Positions 33,156-42,428 of a stretch of DNA of 63,390 nt are shown in pieces; position 1 is the first letter of the stretch; each line of letters opens with the position of its first letter. The position numbers and the translations under genes are program-made. Under the pieces are notes generated by a model. It worked only from the letters and a program-made list of their open reading frames with translations. It was not told where the DNA came from and ran no database searches. This stretch comes from an uncultured Clostridium sp. (GTDB lineage: Bacteria; Bacillota_I; Bacilli_A; RF39; UBA660). The DNA lies in assembly GCA_964545285.1 (NCBI GenBank), contig CAZJEW010000001.1, forward strand, positions 1-63,390, given 5' to 3'.

Positions 33156-34571
33156 TTATTCACAAATCTTTTCAGATAATAATTTAATATCATTTTTTAA
33201 TATTTCATTTGTCTTCATTTCTTCAGTTATTTTATTAGTCCAATATACCACTGTTGAATGATCTTTACCACCGAATTCCAAACCAATTCTTTCAACAGTT
33301 TCAACAGTTTTCATTCTGCATAAGTACATTGCTATTGATCTAGCATTAACAATATATTTTTTTTTCATTTTACCTTTTAACATAGAAGCGTCTAAATTAT
33401 AATATTTAGCAACTACTTCAATTATTTTAGGCACAGATGTTTTTCTATACATAGTCGTATCGTTTGTAAATTCTTGTAATGCCTCTTTTGCAACATTTAG
33501 TGTTATTTTTGGTAAATTAAACGTTGCTTGATAAGCAACAAGTCTTATTATTGATCCTTCTAAGTTTCTAATATCATTTCCACAATTATTTGCAATATAA
33601 TCAATTATTTCATTATTTAAATCTATATCATAATCATTAATTTTAATTTTACTAATAATTATTTCTTTTTTTAAATCAATATCTGGTGAAGTAATTGATT
33701 CAGTAAGTCCACCTAAAAATCTTGTCTTTAATCTATCTGCTAAATTATTAAAATCTTTAACAGATGTATCTGATGCAATAATTATTTGTTTTTCATTATC
33801 ATATAATGTATTAAAAGTATTTGTAAATTCAATTTGCGATTTTGGTGCTTTATTTAGAAATTGAATATCATCTATCATTAAGACATCAACATTACGATAT
33901 TTATTTCTAAATGCTTCTAAATATGTAATATTATTTCCAGCTTTACTTTTAATATTTATTATAGCAGTATAATCATTAATAAATTGTTCAGCAGATATAT
34001 ACAATACTTTTAAATCACTATGTTCTACAATAAAATTTCCAATCGCATGCATTAAATGAGTTTTTCCAAGACCACTTTTTCCGTGTAAGAAGAAAGGATT
34101 ATAAAGTTTTCCTGGCTTTTTAGCAACTGCTAAAGCAGTACCATAAGCAAGTCTATTTGAATCTCCTACAACAAATGTATCAAATGTATATTCTTTTTTA
34201 AAATTACTATAATACTTGTACTGTGTAACATTTGTATCAAATAATTCAATATCATCATTGTTAGTAATTTTATCATTACTAATATTTTCGTTTGGTTTTT
34301 CTGTTATAAACTCAATTTCATAATTATCATCAGTAATCTTATCTATAATACTTTTAATAGTATCATAATAATTTTTTATTAAACTGTTAATAAATTGATC
34401 AATATTTTGATCAGATTGTTCAACATAAATTCTTGCTTTGCCATCTTTGAGTTGTAATAATTTAATATCTTTAAACCATAAATTATATGATATAGGTGAA
34501 ACTTTTTGTTTGATTTGTTCTAGAAACTTATCCCATATAGTTTCCACATTCACTTTATCACTTCCTCTCAA
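33156..34571 (-). CDS. dnaA: chromosomal replication initiator DnaA
   Basis: Walker A GKSGLGKTH, Walker B LMIDDIQF, C-terminal DNA-binding domain (GGKDHSTVVY). Confidence 0.97.
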   Translation of the reverse strand: MRGSDKVNVETIWDKFLEQIKQKVSPISYNLWFKDIKLLQLKDGKARIYVEQSDQNIDQFINSLIKNYYDTIKSIIDKITDDNYEIEFITEKPNENISNDKITNNDDIELFDTNVTQYKYYSNFKKEYTFDTFVVGDSNRLAYGTALAVAKKPGKLYNPFFLHGKSGLGKTHLMHAIGNFIVEHSDLKVLYISAEQFINDYTAIINIKSKAGNNITYLEAFRNKYRNVDVLMIDDIQFLNKAPKSQIEFTNTFNTLYDNEKQIIIASDTSVKDFNNLADRLKTRFLGGLTESITSPDIDLKKEIIISKIKINDYDIDLNNEIIDYIANNCGNDIRNLEGSIIRLVAYQATFNLPKITLNVAKEALQEFTNDTTMYRKTSVPKIIEVVAKYYNLDASMLKGKMKKKYIVNARSIAMYLCRMKTVETVERIGLEFGGKDHSTVVYWTNKITEEMKTNEILKNDIKLLSEKICE

Positions 34572-34851
34572 ATTGCCCTTTTTATACTTTGATTATAAAA
34601 CAAAATAATATAAAATTAAAGCAATAAAAAATTATTAACACTTATAATAACAAGTTATTAACAAAAAGTAAACAAAATTATTCACTAAATCACGTGTTCT
34701 AAAACAGTTACTAACATTATTAACAATTTTATTATAAACAAAATATTATTATGTTAACAACTTGTTGATAAATGTTAATTATATGTTAATAAGTTAACAT
34801 AATATATTTAAAATTAATTTAGAATATGATAATATATAATAGGAGATTTGA
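34572..34851. other. oriC DnaA-box cluster upstream of dnaA
   Basis: TTATTAACA at 34632, 34655 and 34717; reverse complement TGTTAATAA at 34784; TTATTCACT at 34678; near-copies at 34752 and 34773. Gene orientation switches here. Confidence 0.7.
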
Positions 34852-36309
34852 ATGAAAAATGAATTACTAAATTATTTAATTAAGTGTTTTGAGGTATATA
34901 AAGATAATAATTATGAATTTTTATTAGATTATGTCAATTCCTATAATTGCAGATTAAATGAATATGAAAAAAATATTTCTAATGTTACTAATAATATATT
35001 TAAATCAATTACTAATGTTTTAAGTTATAAAAAAATAAAATATTCTTACAAAGAATCTAATAAATCAATTAAAATTAATTTAATTTTTTCAAATAATAAT
35101 TATCCAACAACTCCAACAAATATTATTGTTCCTGTTTTTGTAGAAAATTTTTTAAGAATATCAATTAAACTAATTAATTATTTAATTGATAATAAAATTG
35201 ATTGTAATATTAAATTATCTAAAATTAATAAGATTGATTTATTTGTAATTAGTATATATGACTTTAAAAAAGCAAAAGAATTTATGATTTATTATAGTAA
35301 TGATAAAGAAATGTCTAATGATATAAAAAATAAAAATAATCCTTTGTTTTTAACATATTTTGGTTTAAGTGTATACACATGTATAAAACCATTTAATTTT
35401 TTGGATTTATACCTATATTGTTTGTGTTTTTATTTTAAAAACATTAAAAAAAGTGAAGATATAACTATAAATTCATTGTTAGAATTTTTATTAAAATTTA
35501 ATAAAAAAGAAAACAACATACTAAAAAAAGAAATGATCAATATAATAATAAAAACAATAAATATTAATAATAGCTCTAAAACAATTGATTACTTATTTAA
35601 TTATAACGCAAATATGAATTTAGGTAGTTTTGATTTGTCCAGTTATAATTTAAAATTAGATTCAAATAAATTAATCTTTTTTGAAAATAAAGAAAAAACG
35701 GTATTAATTGTATTTGGTGGAGAAGATTATTTAAATATATGTTATTCAAAATTTTATAATAATGTAATAGAAAAATATCCAAATGATTTATTATATTGCT
35801 ATTTTCAAAATATTTTTTACAAAATATTAGAAGATAAATTTGAAAATTTTGAAAATATATTGGATTTTTCAAATAGTAATGAGGATATAATATATCAAGA
35901 ATTAATGCTTATTTCATCTGGATATTTTGGTTACAAAAAAATAGGAATAAAATTAGAAATTATAAATAATATGATAAAAATTATTTTAGAAAAAAAACTA
36001 AATTGTGTAATAAAGCAAGAACAAGAAAATAATAATATTCCTAATGATGTTGTAATTTTTCCATTTAATTTGGAATATGCAAATAAAATTATTAAATTAA
36101 AAAGTGGAAAACTATCAACTGTCTTTAATTATTTTAGAGATTATTATGTATTAGATTATATTCCATTGAAATCTAAAATTAATTTAAAAAATGGTTCAAT
36201 TGTTACTGGGGAGGAATTTTTAAAAAATCTATATAATATAATTGAAGATTATGATGATTTTAAAGATTTAATTGATGATCAAATTGAAATGATAGAAATA
36301 TTAGATTGA
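34852..36309 (+). CDS. hypothetical protein, 485 aa, no recognisable domain
   Basis: Long uninterrupted ORF in roughly 20% GC sequence with a strong RBS (AGGAG, 7-nt spacing); lies between oriC and rpmH. Confidence 0.6.
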   Translation: MKNELLNYLIKCFEVYKDNNYEFLLDYVNSYNCRLNEYEKNISNVTNNIFKSITNVLSYKKIKYSYKESNKSIKINLIFSNNNYPTTPTNIIVPVFVENFLRISIKLINYLIDNKIDCNIKLSKINKIDLFVISIYDFKKAKEFMIYYSNDKEMSNDIKNKNNPLFLTYFGLSVYTCIKPFNFLDLYLYCLCFYFKNIKKSEDITINSLLEFLLKFNKKENNILKKEMINIIIKTININNSSKTIDYLFNYNANMNLGSFDLSSYNLKLDSNKLIFFENKEKTVLIVFGGEDYLNICYSKFYNNVIEKYPNDLLYCYFQNIFYKILEDKFENFENILDFSNSNEDIIYQELMLISSGYFGYKKIGIKLEIINNMIKIILEKKLNCVIKQEQENNNIPNDVVIFPFNLEYANKIIKLKSGKLSTVFNYFRDYYVLDYIPLKSKINLKNGSIVTGEEFLKNLYNIIEDYDDFKDLIDDQIEMIEILD

Positions 36310-36350
36310 CAATTAAACTTATATTATTTATAATTTTAGAGGAGGCAAAG

Positions 36351-36473
36351 ATGAAAAGAACATTTCAACCAAATGTGAGTAAAAAAAGTAAAAAATCTGG
36401 TTTTATGTCTAGAAACAACAAAAATGTATTAAAAAACAGAAGACAAAAAGGAAGAAAAGAATTATCAAAGTAA
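36351..36473 (+). CDS. rpmH: 50S ribosomal protein L34
   Basis: My own translation is MKRTFQPNVSKKSKKSGFMSRNNKNVLKNRRQKGRKELSK; RBS GGAGG; below the ORF-track cutoff. Confidence 0.93.
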   Translation: MKRTFQPNVSKKSKKSGFMSRNNKNVLKNRRQKGRKELSK

Positions 36474-36502
36474 AAATTACTTTTAATTAAGTAATTTTTT
36501 TT
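36474..36502 (+). terminator. intrinsic terminator/attenuator after rpmH
   Basis: AAATTACTT pairs with AAGTAATTT, followed by T-run. Confidence 0.6.
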
Positions 36503-36525
36503 ATATAATTATGTAGAGGGAACAT

Positions 36526-36849
36526 ATGAACAAAAAATATATTATTAAGAAGAATTATGATATTCAAGAAGTTATTACTAAAAATGAACAAAAAGTAGTT
36601 AATAATTATTTTGTTATATATAAAAAAGCCAATAATATTAAAAATAATAGATATTGTATTAGCGTTAGCAAAAAAATAGGTAAAGCTTTTAATAGAAATT
36701 ATTATAAAAGAATAATAAAAGATATTCTTAATAAAAATAAATTTAATAATTCATATGATTATGTTATAATATTAAGGACTGGGATAATTAACAAGAAGTA
36801 TTTGGATATTCAAAATTCTTTGTTAAATATATTTAAAGGAGAAAAATAA
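36526..36849 (+). CDS. rnpA: ribonuclease P protein component
   Basis: rpmH-rnpA-yidC order; basic RNR-like region KAFNRNYYKRIIKD. Confidence 0.88.
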   Translation: MNKKYIIKKNYDIQEVITKNEQKVVNNYFVIYKKANNIKNNRYCISVSKKIGKAFNRNYYKRIIKDILNKNKFNNSYDYVIILRTGIINKKYLDIQNSLLNIFKGEK

Positions 36850-37757
36850 TGAAAAAGAAAATATTAATTTTGTTGCTATTATTAATTAGTTTATGTGGTT
36901 GTACTAAAAGGTTTACGATCGAAAACGAAGATACCGGAAAGAAAAAAAGTTATGTTTCTAATATAATTTGTAAACCGGAGAGTGGAGAACTATTAAAGAT
37001 TTATGAAGAAAACGCAGATAAATTGGATATAAAATTAGATGATTTACCTGATTGTAAAACTTTTAAAATAGAGAATAGTAAAACAGATGGTTTGTGGACA
37101 TTTCTATTTATAAAACCATTATCATGGTTGATAATCAAGTTTGGAAATTTAGTTAATAGTTATGCTATTTCAATAATGGTAATAGGGTTGTTATTCAGAG
37201 TAGCTATGTATCCGATTACAAAAAAATCGACTAATATGAGTAAGAATCTAAAGAAAGCCCAAAAAGATTTGGATGCGTTAGAAAGAAAATACAAAGACAA
37301 AGATGATAAAGATTCTATGATGATGAAGAGTCAAGAAATGTTAGTTATATATAAAAAGTATGATGTTAATCCTTTCTCTGGTTGTTTATTTGCTTTAATT
37401 CAAACACCTCTATTTCTTATGTTTTTAGAAGCAGTATATAGAGTTCCATCTTTCTTTGAAGAAAATTTCTTAGTATTTAATTTAGGAACCACTCCAACAG
37501 AAGGATTTGCAGTTGGAAATTATTGGTACATAATACTAATTGTATTGATAGGACTTGCAACATATTTCTCATTTAAGAATATGAGCAATACTGGAAATTC
37601 TGAACAACAAAAGCAAACAAAAATGATGAGTATATTTATGTTAGCATTCATTGTAATAGTTTCATTCCAATTACCAACAGCAATAGCTCTATATTGGATT
37701 GTATCGAATGGATTTGCGGTAGTTCAATCATTTTTAACAAAAAGTAAGGAGAATTAA
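36849..37757 (+). CDS. yidC: membrane protein insertase YidC/SpoIIIJ (lipoprotein type)
   Basis: Lipobox LISLCGC; Oxa1/YidC core with 5 TM helices. Confidence 0.9.
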   Translation: MKKKILILLLLLISLCGCTKRFTIENEDTGKKKSYVSNIICKPESGELLKIYEENADKLDIKLDDLPDCKTFKIENSKTDGLWTFLFIKPLSWLIIKFGNLVNSYAISIMVIGLLFRVAMYPITKKSTNMSKNLKKAQKDLDALERKYKDKDDKDSMMMKSQEMLVIYKKYDVNPFSGCLFALIQTPLFLMFLEAVYRVPSFFEENFLVFNLGTTPTEGFAVGNYWYIILIVLIGLATYFSFKNMSNTGNSEQQKQTKMMSIFMLAFIVIVSFQLPTAIALYWIVSNGFAVVQSFLTKSKEN

Positions 37758-37758
37758 A

Positions 37759-38376
37759 ATGGAAAAGTATGTATTTCAATCAAAGTCACAAAAAAACTTA
37801 TTAGAAAAGGCGTTAAATGAACTAAATGTTAAAAAGGAAGATGTTTTGGTTAAAGAAACTGAGGAGAAAAGTGGACTTTTTGGAAAAAAATATACCATTG
37901 AATTAGTAAAACTAGAGGATGCTTCAGAAATTGGAAAAGATATATTAAAAGAATTACTATCTAATTTGGGAATTAGTGTCAATGTCGAAACAAAAATAAG
38001 AGATGGAAATATTAAATATGAAATATATTCTCAAAACAATTCATTATTGATAGGAAAAAGAGGACATATTCTTGATTCAATTCAAATATTTGTAAGACAA
38101 GCATTATATAATACTTTAGATTTCTATATTAATGTTCAAGTTGATGTAGAAAAATATAAAGAAAAGCAAAATTATTTTTTGGAGAAGAAAGTAAAAAAAA
38201 TAGCAAGAGATGTCACTTTATCGAAGGGTGAAGTAAAACTAGATCCAATGAATAGTTATGAAAGAAAAGTTGTTCATTCAGCATTACAAGGGTTTAAATA
38301 CATTAAATCTGAAAGCGAAGGAGAAGAACCAAATAGATACATCGTCATCAAATATTGCGAAACTAAAGAAGAATAA
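37759..38376 (+). CDS. jag: Jag/KhpB RNA-binding protein (KH plus R3H)
   Basis: KH-type LLIGKRGHILDSIQ and R3H DPMNSYERKVVHSAL; follows yidC. Confidence 0.9.
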   Translation: MEKYVFQSKSQKNLLEKALNELNVKKEDVLVKETEEKSGLFGKKYTIELVKLEDASEIGKDILKELLSNLGISVNVETKIRDGNIKYEIYSQNNSLLIGKRGHILDSIQIFVRQALYNTLDFYINVQVDVEKYKEKQNYFLEKKVKKIARDVTLSKGEVKLDPMNSYERKVVHSALQGFKYIKSESEGEEPNRYIVIKYCETKEE

Positions 38377-38446
38377 TCTTCTTTTTTTATATATAATTTT
38401 TAATTAAAATGTGTTATAATCTTGTGGAAAGAAAAGGAGGTTTAAT

Positions 38447-39796
38447 ATGAATGATACAATTTTTGCAGTTGCAACTACTGTAGGAGAAAGTTCAATTAAT
38501 GTTATTAGAGTTAGTGGAAATGAATCAATAACTATTGTTAATAAATTGTTTGATAAAGATTTATTAAGTAAAGAAACACATACAATTACATATGGACATA
38601 TAATAGACAAAGATATAATTATAGATGAAGTACTTGTATCAATTTTTATTTCTCCTAAAACTTTTACAAAAGAAAATATTGTTGAAATTAATAGTCATGG
38701 TGGAGTTACTTGTGTTAATAAAATAATGGAATTGTTATTAATAAATGGATGCAGATTAGCAGAACCAGGAGAATTTTTAAAAAGAGCATTTTTAAATGGA
38801 AGAATTGATTTAACAGAAGCTGAATCAGTAGGTGATTTAATATCATCAAAAACAGAAAGTGCTAGAAAAATGGCAATTAAAGGAGTTAATAAAGAATTAA
38901 ATAGCATTATTAATATACTCAGAAATAAAATAGTGTCCTTAATTGGTAATATAGAGGTAAATATTGATTATCCCGAATATGAAGATGCTGAAATTATAAC
39001 AAAAGAAAAAATCCATGAAGTATTAGATGATGTGTATAAAGAAATTAATTTATTAATTAATGAAAGTGATAAAGGGTTAATAATTAAAAACGGAATAAAT
39101 GTTGCCATTGTTGGAAAGACAAACGTAGGAAAAAGTAGCATTTTAAATTCACTTCTTAATAAAAACAAAGCTATAGTTACAAATATAGAAGGAACAACTA
39201 GAGATACTGTAGAAGATAGTATATTAATAGACGGAATTATGATTAATTTTATTGATACTGCAGGAATAAGAAAAACAAAAGATAAAGTTGAAAAACTAGG
39301 TATTAAAAAAAGTATAAATGCGATAGATGAGGCTGATTTGATATTATTTGTCGTTGATTCTAGCAGCAAATTCGATAATGAAGATCGTAAAATATTAAAT
39401 AAAATTAAAAATAAGAAAATATTAATTGTTTATAATAAAATTGATAAAAAAGATATTGAATTTGAAGAATTAAATAAATATGATTATATAAAAGTATCAG
39501 CAATTAATAAAAAAAATATTGATAAATTAAAAGAAAGAATATCTAATATATTTAAATTCGATAGAATAAATGAGAGTGATTTTACTTATATATCAAACGC
39601 AAGACAAATTGCCTTATTGAAGAAATGCAAAGAAATTGGGAATAATATAGAAAATGCAATTAGTAATAATATGCCAATTGATATGATTGAGATAGATATT
39701 AAAGAATTATGGGATACTCTTGGAGAAATAACTGGAGAATCCTATAGCGATGAATTACTTGATGAAATATTTAGTAAATTTTGTTTAGGGAAGTAG
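38447..39796 (+). CDS. mnmE: tRNA modification GTPase MnmE
   Basis: G1 GKTNVGKSS, DTAGIR, C-terminal FCLGK. Confidence 0.95.
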   Translation: MNDTIFAVATTVGESSINVIRVSGNESITIVNKLFDKDLLSKETHTITYGHIIDKDIIIDEVLVSIFISPKTFTKENIVEINSHGGVTCVNKIMELLLINGCRLAEPGEFLKRAFLNGRIDLTEAESVGDLISSKTESARKMAIKGVNKELNSIINILRNKIVSLIGNIEVNIDYPEYEDAEIITKEKIHEVLDDVYKEINLLINESDKGLIIKNGINVAIVGKTNVGKSSILNSLLNKNKAIVTNIEGTTRDTVEDSILIDGIMINFIDTAGIRKTKDKVEKLGIKKSINAIDEADLILFVVDSSSKFDNEDRKILNKIKNKKILIVYNKIDKKDIEFEELNKYDYIKVSAINKKNIDKLKERISNIFKFDRINESDFTYISNARQIALLKKCKEIGNNIENAISNNMPIDMIEIDIKELWDTLGEITGESYSDELLDEIFSKFCLGK

Positions 39797-39800
39797 TAAT

Positions 39801-41663
39801 ATGAAATATGATGTAATTGTAGTTGGTGGTGGACATGCAGGCTGCGAAGCTTCTTTGGTATGTGCCAGAATGGGTAAAAGAACTTTATTAGTAACGGGTA
39901 ACCTGAATAATGTTGCTGATATGCCATGTAATCCATCTATCGGTGGATCTGCAAAAGGTATAGTTGTAAGGGAAATAGATGCTCTTGGTGGTGAAATGGG
40001 ATATAATGCTGATAAAACTCACCTACAAATAAAAATGCTTAATGTAAAAAAAGGTCCTGGAGTGAGATCATTAAGGGCTCAAGCATGTAAAATAAACTAT
40101 CAAAAAGAAATGCTTAATACTTTAAAAAGCACAAAAAAATTAGAATTAAAAGAGTCTCTAGTAAAAGAAATAATGGTTAAAGATAATACTATAATAGGAA
40201 TTGTAACTGAATCTAACGAAAAAATATATTCTAAATCGGTTATAATTACAACTGGAACTTATTTAAACTCTGATATTATGTGCGGGCAAGAAAAGCATAA
40301 AGGGGGTCCACATGGAGAAAAATGCTCAATGTATTTAAGTAAATCATTAGAAGAAAATGGTCTTAAGATTATCAGATTAAAGACAGGAACTCCACCTAGA
40401 ATATTAAAAGAATCAATAGATTTAAGTAAAGTTAAAATTGAAAATGGAGATAATAATCTTTTAACATTTAGTAATTTTTATGGACCAACATATAAAATAA
40501 AAAATCAAAGGCCTTGCTATTTAACTTATACAAATTTAAATACTCATAAAATAATTCTTGATAATTTGGATAAATGTGCCTTATATAGCGGAATGATAAA
40601 AGGTGTCGGTCCTAGATACTGTCCATCTATAGAAGATAAAGTAGTTAAGTTTAAGGATAAAGATCATCATCAAATATTTTTAGAACCAGAAAGAAGCGAT
40701 GATATTGAATATTATTTAGGTGGCTTTTCAACAACAATGCCTCATGAAATTCAAGAAAGATTATTAAAAACAATAGCAGGTTTAGAAAATGTTGTTATTA
40801 CAAAATATGGTTATGCAATTGAATATGATGCTTTTGATCCCACAGATTTAAAAATGAGTTTAGAAAGTAAAATTATTAACAATCTTTTCACTGCTGGACA
40901 AATTAATGGAACAAGTGGATATGAAGAGGCGGCAGCACAAGGATTAATGGCAGGTATAAATGCTTGCTTAAAAATAGAAGGTAAAGATCCTTTTATTTTA
41001 AAGAGAAATGAGGCATATATTGGAGTACTCATTGATGATTTAATAAATAAAGGTATAACTGAACCATATAGATTATTAACTTCTAGAGCAGAATTTAGAT
41101 TGTTGTTACGTCATGATAACGCTTCTTTTAGATTAACCGAATATGCTAGAAAGTTTGGAATAATAAACGATGAAAAATATAATATATATATAAATAAAGT
41201 TAATCAAATAAGCAGATTAACAGATTATTTGAATAATAATTACTTTGAATTTACTAAAGATAACAAAGATTTTATGAAAAGACATAACTCATCAATGAAT
41301 GGAAAGATTAGATTAATAGAATTGATAAAAAGACCAGAGATTAATTTAGAAGAAATATTAAATTATCTAAAACTAAGCTACAATTATGACGTAATACTAA
41401 CAACAGAAGTAAACATTAAGTTTGAGGGATATATTAATAAAACAAATAAAGAGGTTGAAAAAACACTTAAACTTGAAGAAAAACAAATACCATTTGATAT
41501 AAATTATAATAAAGTACCTAATATAGCAACAGAAGCAAAGCAAAAATTTGAAAAAATAAAACCTAATACTATAGGTCAAGCAAGTAGAATAAGCGGAGTA
41601 AATCCATCTGACATTAATATGTTACTAGTGTATCTAAAAAAGGAATATAACAATGACAAGTAA
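39801..41663 (+). CDS. mnmG: tRNA uridine 5-carboxymethylaminomethyl modification enzyme MnmG
   Basis: FAD site VVGGGHAGCEA; full-length GidA architecture. Confidence 0.96.
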   Translation: MKYDVIVVGGGHAGCEASLVCARMGKRTLLVTGNLNNVADMPCNPSIGGSAKGIVVREIDALGGEMGYNADKTHLQIKMLNVKKGPGVRSLRAQACKINYQKEMLNTLKSTKKLELKESLVKEIMVKDNTIIGIVTESNEKIYSKSVIITTGTYLNSDIMCGQEKHKGGPHGEKCSMYLSKSLEENGLKIIRLKTGTPPRILKESIDLSKVKIENGDNNLLTFSNFYGPTYKIKNQRPCYLTYTNLNTHKIILDNLDKCALYSGMIKGVGPRYCPSIEDKVVKFKDKDHHQIFLEPERSDDIEYYLGGFSTTMPHEIQERLLKTIAGLENVVITKYGYAIEYDAFDPTDLKMSLESKIINNLFTAGQINGTSGYEEAAAQGLMAGINACLKIEGKDPFILKRNEAYIGVLIDDLINKGITEPYRLLTSRAEFRLLLRHDNASFRLTEYARKFGIINDEKYNIYINKVNQISRLTDYLNNNYFEFTKDNKDFMKRHNSSMNGKIRLIELIKRPEINLEEILNYLKLSYNYDVILTTEVNIKFEGYINKTNKEVEKTLKLEEKQIPFDINYNKVPNIATEAKQKFEKIKPNTIGQASRISGVNPSDINMLLVYLKKEYNNDK

Positions 41664-42357
41664 TGAATTTATAGAAGAGTGTAGTAAAATAAATATAATA
41701 ATAGATAACGACAAACTAGCAAAATTAAACAAATATATGGATTTATTAATTGAATGGAATAATAAGTTTAATTTAACTTCTATTATTGATAAAAACGATA
41801 TATATTTAAAACATTTTTATGATTCTTTATGCTTAAATATGGTTTTAAATTTAAAAGAAAATCTATCGGTTTGTGATTTTGGTACTGGTGCGGGCTTTCC
41901 TGGAATGGTTTTAGCTATCATTTTTCCTAAAATAGATGTTACATTAATAGAATCAAGTAATAAAAAAGTCATGTTCTTAAACGAAGTTAAAAAAAGCCTT
42001 ATAATTAACAATGTTAAAATTGTTAATAGTAGAGTAGAAGAATATGCTAAAAACAATAGAAACTCATTTGATACAGTGACATGTAGAGCAGTTTCAAATT
42101 TAGGAATAATCTGTGAATTATCAATAGCTTTACTAAAACTTGGTGGTTTATTTACACCCTTGAAATCAAATATAGATGAAGATTTAAAAAAATATACACA
42201 TGAAATAGTCAAATTAGGTTATAATCATATTCAAACAATAAACTATGAACTTCCTATTGAACATTCAAAAAGAAGTATACCAGTATTTAAAAAAATAAGT
42301 AAAACTGATATTAAATATCCAAGAAATTATAATGTTATATTAAAAACATATAAGTAA
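41653..42357 (+). CDS. rsmG: 16S rRNA (guanine527-N7)-methyltransferase RsmG
   Basis: DFGTGAGFPG SAM motif; follows mnmG. Confidence 0.92.
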   Translation: MTSNEFIEECSKINIIIDNDKLAKLNKYMDLLIEWNNKFNLTSIIDKNDIYLKHFYDSLCLNMVLNLKENLSVCDFGTGAGFPGMVLAIIFPKIDVTLIESSNKKVMFLNEVKKSLIINNVKIVNSRVEEYAKNNRNSFDTVTCRAVSNLGIICELSIALLKLGGLFTPLKSNIDEDLKKYTHEIVKLGYNHIQTINYELPIEHSKRSIPVFKKISKTDIKYPRNYNVILKTYK

Positions 42358-42428
42358 ATGATTAAATATAACTTGATAATTGATTAAAAATGCTTTAAAA
42401 TATTATCATAAGAATAAAAGGATTTAAT

